Shown in pieces: positions 30,762 to 41,113 of a stretch of 64,000 nucleotides of DNA (positions within the stretch are counted from its first letter, which is position 1; the number at the start of each line of letters is the position of its first letter). The notes beneath the pieces were generated by a model, which made no database searches, had not been told where the DNA came from, and saw only the letters and a list, made by a program, of their open reading frames with translations. Source of the DNA: Oligoflexales bacterium (GTDB taxonomy: Bacteria > Bdellovibrionota_B > Oligoflexia > Oligoflexales > JAPPIL01). The stretch lies in contig OZ244057.1 of NCBI GenBank assembly GCA_965215515.1, forward strand, positions 256,001-320,000. The letters run 5' to 3'. Made by a program: the position numbers and the translations under genes.

Positions 30762-30965
30762 GCAATGCTCACCAATTGGTAGTGGAAGCATTATAGCACT
30801 GCGGGTAGAAAATTGAAAACTTTGTTTTCAGCTTTCAACAGCAGACGAGAGCGACCTCCAGTCAGCGATGACAAAATAAAAGGCAAGGCGTAAACTTTTC
30901 TCGTATTATTCGTGTTTGTTTGGTGGTAAAATGACGCAGTAGTATTTACGCCACAAGGGTTCTGT

Positions 30966-33887
30966 ATGGCAGTGCTCCGCCTGCTTGCTCTGTTTTCGTT
31001 GTGGTGCGTTGCTGCGTCTGTGTCAGCGCTGCCGATCGGTTTCCGTGTTAAACAGGGCGATCTTGTTTACAAGCAACTCAAGCAACGTGACTTTCGTTTT
31101 TTGTTCGACCAGCGCACTGAGCGGGAGGCTCGTTTTTTGCTGCACACGGCGATCAGGGCCAAGCCCATTCTCGATGCTTGGTTTTATCAACAACGCCGTA
31201 AGCCTCTACTGATTACCTCCTCGGCGGTCACCAGCAATGCTTCGTTTGCTAATTTTGTCACCGATGGGATTGAACTACAGACGCTCGGTCGTGGCAACCG
31301 TGACTTACTGCTTCACGAGTATGTGCACATGCAGATGTTTCTCTATCTCGACAATTTTTTTGGCCCCGCGGGAGCGATTGTACATCTGCCGTGGTTGCCC
31401 GCGTGGTGGATCGAAGGTTTGGCAGAAGTTCTCACCGTTTCGGCAGGCTCTGCGGTGCATCACGGCATCGAGCGGTATCAGGCATTGCACGATGATTTTC
31501 TCACCTACGAGCAACTGCACAGCCTGTATGAGGTTTCGTTTCAGTACCGCGGCTATAGCACGGCGGGGCGTTTTTTCAACTATCTGTTCGGTCATTTTCG
31601 TGCCCCCACGGTATTACGTGATTTGCACGAAGAGTTTTATGCTCAAGCTATGCCCTGGCTATGGCCGATAACACTTGTGCCTTTCGTCGCTTGGTTGCCG
31701 CTCGATGTGGTGCTTAAACGCCACACAGGTGCGAGCGGGCGAGAGCTGTATCGACAGTATGTCGCGGCCCAGAAAAAATACTGGCAAGCACAGCGGCCGC
31801 CTGTTTTACTCGCGTCTAAGCGGGGCAAGCGGCTTTTTTTCGGCAGTCTTAGCACACTGCAAAGTTACCGTGGCCAGTTGCGCACGTTGCTATCCAACGA
31901 TGACTATGTCTATGCGGCCCGTGTCATCTTCGATGCCGACACGGGTTTTGCGCGTGCAGTGCAGGCGACCGACAACCAGTTGCCTGCTGACAGGGTGGAG
32001 ATCAGCACTGCACCTAACGAAACGTACCAGCTCACCAGTAAGTTCAGCCCGCGCCTCGGTGCACCACACGTCTACCAGCGGCCTCAACGTGATGTGCACA
32101 GCGGTTTACCGCGCCGTGCGTTGGTGCTGCGCGAGGCACAGGACGAGCGTGTTTTGCAGGAGGGTGAGTTTCGTATCTACGACACCTATCTTTATGGTGA
32201 CAAAGTGGTGTTTTTGGAATACGAATTCTCGCACACCCGTCTGTGCTGGTATGCGCGCAGTGCGCCGCACCTCAAACACTGCCCCTTGACCGCAGAGTAT
32301 CCACAAAGCCTGAAGATACTCGGGAAGCGAGGCGACACGCTTTGGTTGCGGCGTTACCACGAGCGGGTGGACGGCGGTAGTTACCACATAATTACTTGGC
32401 ATCCTACGCAAGGCAGTCATACCTTCAAGTGGCCGTTCATCAGCGAGCCGTTGCAGGTTGCGTTTGTGGCGGACAAGACTTATTTTTTCATCGCCGAACG
32501 CCGTTTTCGCACTATTATCGAGATCGATAGCAGGTGGCGTTGTGTGCAGAAAATAAAATTTGCCGATCACCTGACAGGACTTTTTACGCAGCGAGGCGAG
32601 GTGGTGGTTGCCCTCTATCACCCTGACGGGCACGTGCTTGTCCGTCCTTCCGCTCAGGACATTGCGCGCAGCAGCGTCCCGTGCCGTGTGCTCAGCGGGC
32701 ACAGTTCGCCGCTGCTTTATGCTTTGCAACAAAAGCAACCACCTTCCTTGCCACAGGCGCTCGCCCAATATGAGGCGGGCAGGAACACACAACCGTTGTC
32801 GTTCGAGGCCACGGAGGAAACACACCTCGACCTAGCCGCGACCGCTCCCGATAGCGGCGTGCGTCCGCTGTTTGTTTTTCCCACCTTAGGGGCGATGGAT
32901 GTGCAGAGTTTACAGCTCGGCATTATCTCTGTGCCTTTGATGGACTGGCTGCAGAATGAAATGTTGGTTGCCAACGTTATGTATGGTCTCACGTCGCGCT
33001 ATCCCGCCATCGATCTGACTTTTACCAGCACTCGTTTTCATCCGACCTTACAAGCATCGGTGTTCAAGCACCAGCTCTATGACGGCACGGATAGCGAGGG
33101 GCGGGCACTCTACTACGATGAGGTTGGTATACGAGGCACCGCGGTGAAGACTTTTTATCTGCGTACAACGCGCCTTGCTTTCACGCTAGGTTTAGGCGGT
33201 GCTCGTTTACAACGCTATCTTTATCGCGGCCACGATGAGGTTCCGCAAGGGGTTGTTTCGCATCTTGCACTCGGTATCGCGTGGGCTGGCAGCAGTGCGC
33301 AGCATGCTTGGCAACTGCGTACTTGGGGATTGTTCTATCCTTCTTTGAGCAATCGTGTTTTCCATTACCAGCGTCTCGGTGCGGAAGCGAATGGGCAGGC
33401 AGCGTTGCCCTTTTTTGCTTCGGAGTTGGTCGGTAGTGTGGAGACTTCGCTCACGACGGGAGCTAAGCGACGCAACTTGCAAGAACTTTATCAAGTGCTG
33501 CAAACGTGGAGTCCCGCCCACAGTCGCGGCCTCAACGCTGTCAGCTTCCCCATTGTCAGCGATGGCGGGTTGTTTAGCTATCGTCACGGTGACACACAGG
33601 CGCGGGCACGGGTGGCTTGGGTGGTGCCGCTGCTGGCAAACTTCGACAAGCTGTTCTGGATTTTTTACGCCGAAAAACTAAACTTCAGTGCTTTTTGCAA
33701 TTACGGGGGGGCGTGGTATCGGCAGGACGGCTTGCATAACGCCGACTTTGTTTTTGCTCACGGGTACAGTCTTGATCTGCACCTCAACAACAAAGGTGTG
33801 CAATTCAATTTCGGCCTCGGTGCAGGGCAAGTGTGGCGCTCCCCACTGGAAGTCTATGCCAACTTTGGGTTTAGCTCGATGCTTTAA
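30966..33887 (+). CDS. Large exported protein: zincin-like N-domain plus probable C-terminal outer-membrane beta-barrel
   Basis: Signal peptide, LLHEYVH..PAWWIEGLAE, alternating hydrophobic/aromatic strands ending YANFGFSSML. Confidence 0.6.
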   Translation: MAVLRLLALFSLWCVAASVSALPIGFRVKQGDLVYKQLKQRDFRFLFDQRTEREARFLLHTAIRAKPILDAWFYQQRRKPLLITSSAVTSNASFANFVTDGIELQTLGRGNRDLLLHEYVHMQMFLYLDNFFGPAGAIVHLPWLPAWWIEGLAEVLTVSAGSAVHHGIERYQALHDDFLTYEQLHSLYEVSFQYRGYSTAGRFFNYLFGHFRAPTVLRDLHEEFYAQAMPWLWPITLVPFVAWLPLDVVLKRHTGASGRELYRQYVAAQKKYWQAQRPPVLLASKRGKRLFFGSLSTLQSYRGQLRTLLSNDDYVYAARVIFDADTGFARAVQATDNQLPADRVEISTAPNETYQLTSKFSPRLGAPHVYQRPQRDVHSGLPRRALVLREAQDERVLQEGEFRIYDTYLYGDKVVFLEYEFSHTRLCWYARSAPHLKHCPLTAEYPQSLKILGKRGDTLWLRRYHERVDGGSYHIITWHPTQGSHTFKWPFISEPLQVAFVADKTYFFIAERRFRTIIEIDSRWRCVQKIKFADHLTGLFTQRGEVVVALYHPDGHVLVRPSAQDIARSSVPCRVLSGHSSPLLYALQQKQPPSLPQALAQYEAGRNTQPLSFEATEETHLDLAATAPDSGVRPLFVFPTLGAMDVQSLQLGIISVPLMDWLQNEMLVANVMYGLTSRYPAIDLTFTSTRFHPTLQASVFKHQLYDGTDSEGRALYYDEVGIRGTAVKTFYLRTTRLAFTLGLGGARLQRYLYRGHDEVPQGVVSHLALGIAWAGSSAQHAWQLRTWGLFYPSLSNRVFHYQRLGAEANGQAALPFFASELVGSVETSLTTGAKRRNLQELYQVLQTWSPAHSRGLNAVSFPIVSDGGLFSYRHGDTQARARVAWVVPLLANFDKLFWIFYAEKLNFSAFCNYGGAWYRQDGLHNADFVFAHGYSLDLHLNNKGVQFNFGLGAGQVWRSPLEVYANFGFSSML

Positions 33888-33926
33888 CGGCATGTGTGTC
33901 TCAGCCCGACTGCCCCCCACCCCAGG

Positions 33927-34033
33927 TTAGTGATCTTTATAGCCAGTAGGTGGCAGGATGACTCCATCGTCGATGCTCAAAATTATATCGTCACCATGCG
34001 GATAGAAGGCATCGTCATCAGCCCTGTTCTCTA
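33927..34033 (-). pseudogene. 3'-end remnant of a sulfatase-like gene paralog
   Basis: Translates LENRADDDAFYPHGDDIILSIDDGVILPPTGYKDH*, matching the C-terminus of 42971..44743. Confidence 0.8.
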
Positions 34034-34506
34034 GGGCGTGTCGCCGTTTTGATTCTATCATTTTAACAACTCCCTAGTGTTGCATGGCATAGCGTGGATG
34101 ACCAGACAACAATGCATCCAAGTAAAAGCATGCCTTCGTAGTTTCTTTTCAGCTTTTCATATCGTGTGGCAATAGACCTGAAGTGTTTTAGCCTTGCAAA
34201 TAAATTCTCAACCTTATGCCTGAGTTTATATGCTTCTTTACAGAAAGACTCGTTCTTTTTACTAGAATTACTCCTTCTTGGTATGACAGGATTGCCCCCG
34301 TTATTTTTGGTTGTTTCTCTTATCTTATCATCATCGTAGCCTTTATCAGCAATGACGTTGCCAGCTTGAGGCAAATTCTCAAGCAATTCTTCGGCCATCA
34401 CAGCGTCGTGCACCTGTCCTTCGGTAATGACAAAATCAACAGGTCGAGCCATAGTGTCTGCTACCATACTAATCTTCGTCGTGTGGCCACCAACTGACTT
34501 GCCCAT
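34033..34506 (-). mobile_element. Truncated IS5-family element (C-terminal half of transposase plus one end)
   Basis: GKSVGGHTTKI, TEGQVHD, IADKGYD, YKLRHKVENLFARLKHFRSIATRYEK; end at CTAG-GGCGTGTC. Confidence 0.88.
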
Positions 34507-34612
34507 AACAGGAGGCGATCGGTGCCCCTGAAGCGCGCGTTGATACGGAGCATGGAGCAAAATAAATTTACCTTTCTTGAGCCAGGGATAGGTGTCATCG
34601 ATGGGGGAGTAT

Positions 34613-34882
34613 ATGAGTATCTTGCCAGGTTTAAAGCGAGACGAAGCGGTCATCATGTTGCAGAAAACCGCCACCTGCACGAGCATCAACAGTGTCAGTG
34701 AGGTCAATGGTGCGGGGGTGCTCAATCACTACAAAATGCTGCGGGTTGCCCAAAGATTGCACGCGGCTGGCTTTAACGAGGCTGACCGTGCTCAGAGACT
34801 CGCCCTGCTCAAAGACGAAAAGCACTACGACTTTGCCAGAGAAGCGACAGGGCTTCAAGCAGAAGCAGACGCGGGGAGGTAA
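34613..34882 (+). pseudogene. Probable S8 (subtilase) peptidase C-terminal fragment
   Basis: ILPGLKRDEAVIMLQKTA...NGAGVLNHYKML resembles the subtilase C-terminal helix and GxGxxN motif; no catalytic residues. Confidence 0.45.
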
Positions 34883-34964
34883 CACTTAATTTTGGCTATT
34901 TGCTGCTCGATCTGGCGGCTCTCTCCAGAGAGGTATTGCGAGCCTAATTTCCACAATCATACCC

Positions 34965-35511
34965 CTACCTATTGGCCTGGCAAAGTTTGCAACAGTTGAG
35001 CAAGGAAGCATAAATAAACTCATTGCCGCAGGCACGGACAAAATCCTCCGTGCGTCCCTCGCGGAGCAAATCGATGGCATTGGGTCGAAAGGTAAAACCA
35101 TTCGCCAACAACAGCTGGTTGGCAACCCGCACATGTACCAGCAAATAACGCGATGCGCTGTTTTTATTGACACTGCGGGCAAAACTGACCCGTGCATCGA
35201 CCTTGAAAAACACAGACGTTTTCAACATACCCGCCGCTGAAATGTTGAGATTTTCTCGCAACGCCGACTCGGAAGCGATCTCCAACACGCGAAATTCAGC
35301 ATACTGCCCCCGCTCCTCGCCACTTTGCGTACGCATCTCGGCAAGATCGACACAAAACCCTTTCGCCTCCCCATCGACCGTACTCAATCCCTGCCCAGGC
35401 AATAGCGCCAAACTCGCGTCCTCGCCATACACGTTCTTTTCAACCAGCACGGCGTTCACGTCCCCCCCCCACCGCCAATAGGCATATCAGCAACAACCTC
35501 CCCCGTATCAC
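34965..35511 (-). pseudogene. Truncated secreted MACPF-like protein
   Basis: LRENLNISA..SRYLLVHVRV..FVRACGNEFIY then loss of similarity; signal peptide (GTG 35511) out of frame across a G9 run. Confidence 0.45.
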
Positions 35512-35621
35512 ATACCCCTCCCCACCCTAAAATTAACCCAGCCCCAATAACCTAACAGATCGCACCCCAAAAAATGGCTGAGCTTTGCAGCTCAGCGAAC
35601 GCGGTAACAGCTAATTTGTTT

Positions 35622-36557
35622 TTAACTACAAGATGTTATCCAGCAAAATGAGTGTTGGGGTGCTAGCATATGCTTGATACTTCGATCCCGTTTGTGAGAG
35701 ACACAGCCTGTCTGTTCGGAACAAGTTAACCGAGGGCGCTGACGCGATCGGGGGCGATGTCGCTCTGGATATTTGCTAGCATATACAAAAAGAAAACACC
35801 CGCAAGGGAGCTTTACACCTCTTTGTATTAAAAATTTTTCTATTACGGTCATTCGATGAAAAATCCCCAAAGGATCATGCAGAAGCCCATCTAAGTGTAA
35901 TTCTTTTTTCATTATTTTTTTTAAAGCTAAATAATATTTGATTAGCAAAGCGGCAGGAATTAGAAAACTAAAAAAATATTTGTACTCCACAAGTGTAAAA
36001 CCAGCTTTTGTCAGCACAGTTTGTATCGAGGTATGGGTGTATCTACGGCGATGCCCTAGTATTGCATCATGCCACGAATACAACCAGGGGTATGCGGGGA
36101 CTGTCAGCAAAAGTTTTCCGTTCGGTTGGAGTACTGTGTGTATGTCTCTCAAGGCTTTTTCGTCATTTTTGATATGTTCGAGAACATCGAGTGCTGTGAT
36201 AATATCATAGGTGGTTCCAGTTACGTCTTTAAATGTTTTTAAAAAATTAATTCTTTTGTCTTGTAAAATTTTCAGGTCTTTTGTGTCATCAAGTGTCCAA
36301 TATGGTTCGAAGCCAGTCAAAGACAGAGAGAAATTGTTATCGCGTAGATATCGCAAGAAGTGCCCACTGCCACATCCAAAGTCAAGCAATTTTTGTTTAT
36401 CGGTGATGGGGTTGGGGATGAAGTTGGTCACAAGAGCATAACGATGCCGATTAAACCAATTGTCTGCGTTGACTAATGAATGATCTTTCATGTAGTGAGC
36501 AGCATCATCTTCTGAGGCAATTTTGTATTTTTTGAAAAAGTCATGTGTAGATGCCAT
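35622..36557 (-). CDS. Class I SAM-dependent methyltransferase (type common in glycosylation loci)
   Basis: LLDFGCGSG, ALDVLEHI, TVPAYPWLYSWHD..GHRRRY. Confidence 0.9.
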   Translation of the reverse strand: MASTHDFFKKYKIASEDDAAHYMKDHSLVNADNWFNRHRYALVTNFIPNPITDKQKLLDFGCGSGHFLRYLRDNNFSLSLTGFEPYWTLDDTKDLKILQDKRINFLKTFKDVTGTTYDIITALDVLEHIKNDEKALRDIHTVLQPNGKLLLTVPAYPWLYSWHDAILGHRRRYTHTSIQTVLTKAGFTLVEYKYFFSFLIPAALLIKYYLALKKIMKKELHLDGLLHDPLGIFHRMTVIEKFLIQRGVKLPCGCFLFVYASKYPERHRPRSRQRPRLTCSEQTGCVSHKRDRSIKHMLAPQHSFCWITSCS

Positions 36558-36597
36558 TGTGTTTACCCATAATGAGATTTAAATTATTTGGAATAGC

Positions 36598-38391
36598 TCA
36601 ATTATTGTCACTTGAATAGTCCTTGTGTATCTGTTCGTACTGAGTTCGAAATTCTACACCATCGAACACAAGCAAGCCTCCTACTCCCCGCTGTTTAATA
36701 TAGGAAGTGCGGATATTGTGCGAGCGCAGCAGACGATCAATTTTATTTACACTAGGCTGATTATGTTCCATATACAAAATTTTGACAGTAAAATTTTGAT
36801 CTATTTCTTTTATTTTTTGGTAGATATGATCTATATTAGATGCACAGTGCATGGGCTTATTGGTAAAGTGTCTCTCAAGGGTACTAAACCTATATCTAGA
36901 ACAGTAGTCACTAGAGAAAACAACATCTTCGTACTGTGTGTTCTGTCTGACAAAATTTCCAATGACTACATGGTGATACGCGGGAGGAGAAAACATTTTA
37001 GTTACAGGCTCTTTGTTATAAATTTGACTGTATGCGTAGATGATAGAAGAACAAAGTGCCGCTAGCGTTACAACCGCTATGTTTTTTTTGTTCGTGAAAT
37101 TTATAGCAGATATTAGGTAATGTTTTCTTGCTATTCGCATGATAAAAATTGGAGACAGCATAAAACTCATACTTAGTGCGGGGCTGAACGTCAGAGACGA
37201 AAATTTGTGATTCGCCCAAGTATGAGCAAAAAACATGTGATATGCAATAACAGGAATAAAAAGCATAAATAACACAGTTGTTGCAATGTTATTAATCCCA
37301 TCTTTTTTGGTGCTAATTGCCAGGCAGATTGTTGCATAAAGTACTAATAAGCCACCGCCACCATAGCCTAGATGCACGTGATCGTATAACGATGTCCGTA
37401 GATAAGAGATGTATTGAACAATACCATCAAACATACCCATTCTGAATAAAATATTGTCCAGCAAGGTAAATCCATTACTTGATGTAGCAGTGTGTAAAAA
37501 GCCTTGGGAGGGATATGTTATAAAATAATAGGTGATTTGGTATAGCCAAATTGCAACAGCGATCAAGGCTGGAGCGAAAAACAAAACGCTCTTTTTTAGC
37601 TGATGGAATCCTTGTTTATAAGTAAAGGGTAGAGGAATTTCTTTTCTTATGATTCGCATGATATAGACAGTTATAATAACGAAAACAAAAATCCAGTCGG
37701 TGAGCACCCCCCAAAACATTACTATAGGCTGTATAATTCGTATGGCACGTAGAACGCGAGGGGAGGTATGTGCAATATGTAGCAATTCTAGCAGAATTAA
37801 CAGTACAAATGGTAGCATAGCCGCCATGATATGATAGAAAGATAGGTGATGCCAATAAAGGCTGCCAGCATTGTGAAACTGTATAATAGCGGGAGAAATT
37901 GCAAGAAGTGTACTGTTTAGATAACAAAAACCAATCTTTTTGCAAATAATAAATGATGTCGAGCACAACATTAGAGTTAGCAAAAAGTGTAGCAAATAAT
38001 TTAAAAAAACTATCAACAACAGTTGTTTGCCGCGCTGATAAAAATCAGGGATAACACCAGTTAAATCAAGTATTTTTAGTAGTCCATACACTGGCAAGGT
38101 TGTGCCAGGAGGATAACTACCATGGAATGCGCGCTTGTCAAGAGTAGCTACTTCAACCGAAGGAGGATACCAGTACGAGCCGAAGCAAAGATTAAAAATC
38201 CCCTCCCGCAACCAATTATTAGCAAAGGACAACTGCTGACCAGCACCATCTTGATGCGGAGAACTACTCATGAAGGTCGGCACTATCCACTTCTCCCTCA
38301 CCACCACACTGCGTACAAAGAAAAAACTGGTAAACAGGGTGATGATAAGCAGACAAAAGACTGTTTTGTTTTTTATTTGAGCGAGCGACAA
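36598..38391 (-). CDS. Polytopic membrane protein, GT-C glycosyltransferase-like, paralog 1
   Basis: Many TM helices; NNWLREG, LDKRAFHGSYPP, QFHNAGSLYWHH motifs shared with the two paralogs. Confidence 0.55.
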   Translation of the reverse strand: MSLAQIKNKTVFCLLIITLFTSFFFVRSVVVREKWIVPTFMSSSPHQDGAGQQLSFANNWLREGIFNLCFGSYWYPPSVEVATLDKRAFHGSYPPGTTLPVYGLLKILDLTGVIPDFYQRGKQLLLIVFLNYLLHFLLTLMLCSTSFIICKKIGFCYLNSTLLAISPAIIQFHNAGSLYWHHLSFYHIMAAMLPFVLLILLELLHIAHTSPRVLRAIRIIQPIVMFWGVLTDWIFVFVIITVYIMRIIRKEIPLPFTYKQGFHQLKKSVLFFAPALIAVAIWLYQITYYFITYPSQGFLHTATSSNGFTLLDNILFRMGMFDGIVQYISYLRTSLYDHVHLGYGGGGLLVLYATICLAISTKKDGINNIATTVLFMLFIPVIAYHMFFAHTWANHKFSSLTFSPALSMSFMLSPIFIMRIARKHYLISAINFTNKKNIAVVTLAALCSSIIYAYSQIYNKEPVTKMFSPPAYHHVVIGNFVRQNTQYEDVVFSSDYCSRYRFSTLERHFTNKPMHCASNIDHIYQKIKEIDQNFTVKILYMEHNQPSVNKIDRLLRSHNIRTSYIKQRGVGGLLVFDGVEFRTQYEQIHKDYSSDNN

Positions 38392-38681
38392 GAGTTATAC
38401 CTTTTTACTAGTCAATTTTCCGCAGCAGCCTATCAGCTATCATCTCAATCTCTTCCTCTTCCAGTTCTACACTTGTGACAATGTTTCCTTGTTCTCCGTC
38501 ATGGCAAGTTTAGCAACAACAACTAGCAATGTTACTACTGCCAGATCGATAGCTATAGTGTATCTGTATCCAATTTTTTTCTTTTTTCGCAAATAGAAAG
38601 ATAGCAAACATAGACAAATTATAATAATAACTGTAATAATTAACACAAAACTACCCTGTAGCTATAATTTCTCCAATCACA

Positions 38682-40514
38682 TCAGTTGGCTCTTCTCAGC
38701 TCAGCTGCGGATGGCGGTAAAATAATTCCATCATCGATGCTCTGTATAACTCTTTCATACCAAGCTAAAAATTGCTTTCCATTGAAAGCTAGCATGCCAC
38801 CCAACATTTCTTTCTCAACACTAGATGTGTGTAGGCCACTAGTGTTGAGAAATCTTTCTAGCTGATATGTATTTTCCTTGTATTTTTCGAGATACAAGAC
38901 TCTGATTGTAAAATCGCTTGTTATTAGCTTAGTTTTCTCATAGATCTGATCCAGATTGTACACACAGTAAATAGTTTTGCCAGAGAAGTGGGCTTCCATC
39001 ATACTTAACAGTTCAGATCTCGGACAATAATCACTGGAAAAGACAATGTCCTCGTACCTCGTATTTTTCCTGACAAAAGTTCCCACAGTAGCAAAGTGCC
39101 ATGCTGGTGGATGAAACATCTTGGTGACAGATTGTTTGTTATAAATCTGAGTGTATCCATAAATAATTGATAAACTTAACGAAATCAGGGCTGCGACTGT
39201 TATATTTATCTTTCCAAGTAATTGGATAGATATTGATGGTGGTTTTTTCATTATTTGTAGAATTAATATCGGCATAAGCACAAAACTTACGCTCAAAGCA
39301 GGGCTGAACATGAGAGATGAATGAGAGTGTTTCGCGTTGTGATGAGGTAGAAATAGGTGCCAAGCAAGACAGGGAACAAAAAACACAAGATACATACCTA
39401 CCAGAAGGGTTAACTTCTTTGATATATACTTATATCTCAAGATGACTGTAATAAGTGTGACATAGAGTAGCAACATACCACTTATCCCATAACCATCAAT
39501 AACATGTTGGTAAAACGCAGTTTTGATATACATCATGATATTATCAAAGCCATCGGTAAAGCCTGTTCTAAACAGAAAGTTGGTAGTTAAATTAGTATTA
39601 CGGCTGGAGATGCCAGCATTGAAAAATGTGGTGTATGCAATATTATTCGCGTAATAAGCTACTTGGTATACCCATAACACAATTGCGACTAGAGAGGGAA
39701 CAAAAAATAAAAAGCTCTGCTTTACCCACTTCACTACCCGTAGAAAAGAGGTAGGTGACTCAACCTCCTTTCTCATCATACGCATAATGTAGATTGTCAA
39801 AATAATAAAACCAAAGATCCAATTAGTCAACATACCTATGAAAGCTACTACAGGCTGTGCTATGTATATTATACGTGTAGCGCGAGAATGCGTATCGGAT
39901 CGTAGAAACTCGAGGAGAACATACAACACAAATGGCAATAAAAATATCGTATCTTGGTTGTAGGCTAGATGATGCCAATAAAGGCTATTAGCATTGTGAA
40001 ATTGGGTGATGGCAGGGACTATGGAGAACAAAGTGCTGTTTAACCTATCAAATCCAATCTTGCGGCAAACGAAGAACACTATTCCGCAAAGTACAAGCAC
40101 CAACAAAAAATGATGAATATAGTTGAGTAATATTATCATTAGCAATTGAGTGCCGCGTTTATTATAAATATCTGGAACTAGATTAGTTATCTGGATAGTT
40201 TTAAAAAACAGGTAGATAAAAAAGATAGCTGCAGGCGGATAAGAACCGTAGAACCATCGCTTGTCTAAGGTAGGTCTTTCAACAGACCTCGGATGGATGT
40301 AGGTGGCAAAGCCTAACTGGATTACTCCCTCATCCAGCCAATTGTTGACATAAGATAGGTTCGTGGCAGTAGCTTGTCTATAGTCGCTCAGCCAAGTCGG
40401 CACCATCCACTTCTCCCTTACCACTACACTACGTGCAAAGAAAAAGACGGCAAACAGGGTAATGATAAGCAGACAAAATAAGTTTTTGTTACTACGCATA
40501 GACCACTTCATCAC
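38682..40514 (-). CDS. GT-C-like membrane protein, paralog 2 (chimeric C-terminus)
   Basis: Same motifs; ends IQSIDDGIILPPSAAELRRAN, which is the sulfatase-like protein tail. Confidence 0.55.
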   Translation of the reverse strand: MMKWSMRSNKNLFCLLIITLFAVFFFARSVVVREKWMVPTWLSDYRQATATNLSYVNNWLDEGVIQLGFATYIHPRSVERPTLDKRWFYGSYPPAAIFFIYLFFKTIQITNLVPDIYNKRGTQLLMIILLNYIHHFLLVLVLCGIVFFVCRKIGFDRLNSTLFSIVPAITQFHNANSLYWHHLAYNQDTIFLLPFVLYVLLEFLRSDTHSRATRIIYIAQPVVAFIGMLTNWIFGFIILTIYIMRMMRKEVESPTSFLRVVKWVKQSFLFFVPSLVAIVLWVYQVAYYANNIAYTTFFNAGISSRNTNLTTNFLFRTGFTDGFDNIMMYIKTAFYQHVIDGYGISGMLLLYVTLITVILRYKYISKKLTLLVGMYLVFFVPCLAWHLFLPHHNAKHSHSSLMFSPALSVSFVLMPILILQIMKKPPSISIQLLGKINITVAALISLSLSIIYGYTQIYNKQSVTKMFHPPAWHFATVGTFVRKNTRYEDIVFSSDYCPRSELLSMMEAHFSGKTIYCVYNLDQIYEKTKLITSDFTIRVLYLEKYKENTYQLERFLNTSGLHTSSVEKEMLGGMLAFNGKQFLAWYERVIQSIDDGIILPPSAAELRRAN

Positions 40515-40840
40515 GCTTCCATCCTCTCTATTTTTTGCTCTAGTACGGATGGTTGGGTGATACTGCGTTTAGTTAGAATTCTTGTCAGTAGTATGTGCCG
40601 CAACTGTACAAAGATAGCACACACCACAAATACTGTCATCACCATAGAACTTAGTGTACCAATACACGCACCGCCAATTACAATCAGCAAAGCTACTCGC
40701 TTTAGTTTGGAAGTAGCAGCCAATGTCACACAGAGCTCATCAACAACTGCAACGATGCAATCCTTTTCATTACGCACAGGCAGTATCACACATAAATCCA
40801 CATTTTGTTTTGAGGTGTGTTTATATTGAATTTTAGTGAC
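40511..40840 (-). pseudogene. Internally deleted GT2 (GtrB/DPM-like) glycosyltransferase
   Basis: DLCVILPVRNEKDCI N-terminal GT2 motif joined directly to C-terminal TM helices; stop overlaps the start of paralog 2; 5' boundary approximate. Confidence 0.6.
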
Positions 40841-41113
40841 TAGCCCCCTGCTGATTCTTCTGTTGTCTAATACTGTCAAGATAACAGCAAGCGGTGGGGA
40901 TTGCCAGCTGTAATTCTGATTTTCGCATGATTGCCTACAATGGGGTGCTGTAAAAGATCCGTAGGCGGGTGCTCGGAAAAACACAAAAAACTTTTCCTTT
41001 ACTGTGCTTGTGTGTATGTGTTGCAATAGAAAAGAAGTAGGTGCTTCGATCGCGGTGATGCGTATCTTTTTGCTAAACTGAAATTTATAATTTTAGTTTT
41101 CTTAACGAGTGGT

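Noticed and set aside
34063..34725. 220-aa ORF as a full-length transposase
   Set aside because: Only the part from MGKSVGG (34506) is IS5-like; the N-terminus is unrelated junction sequence
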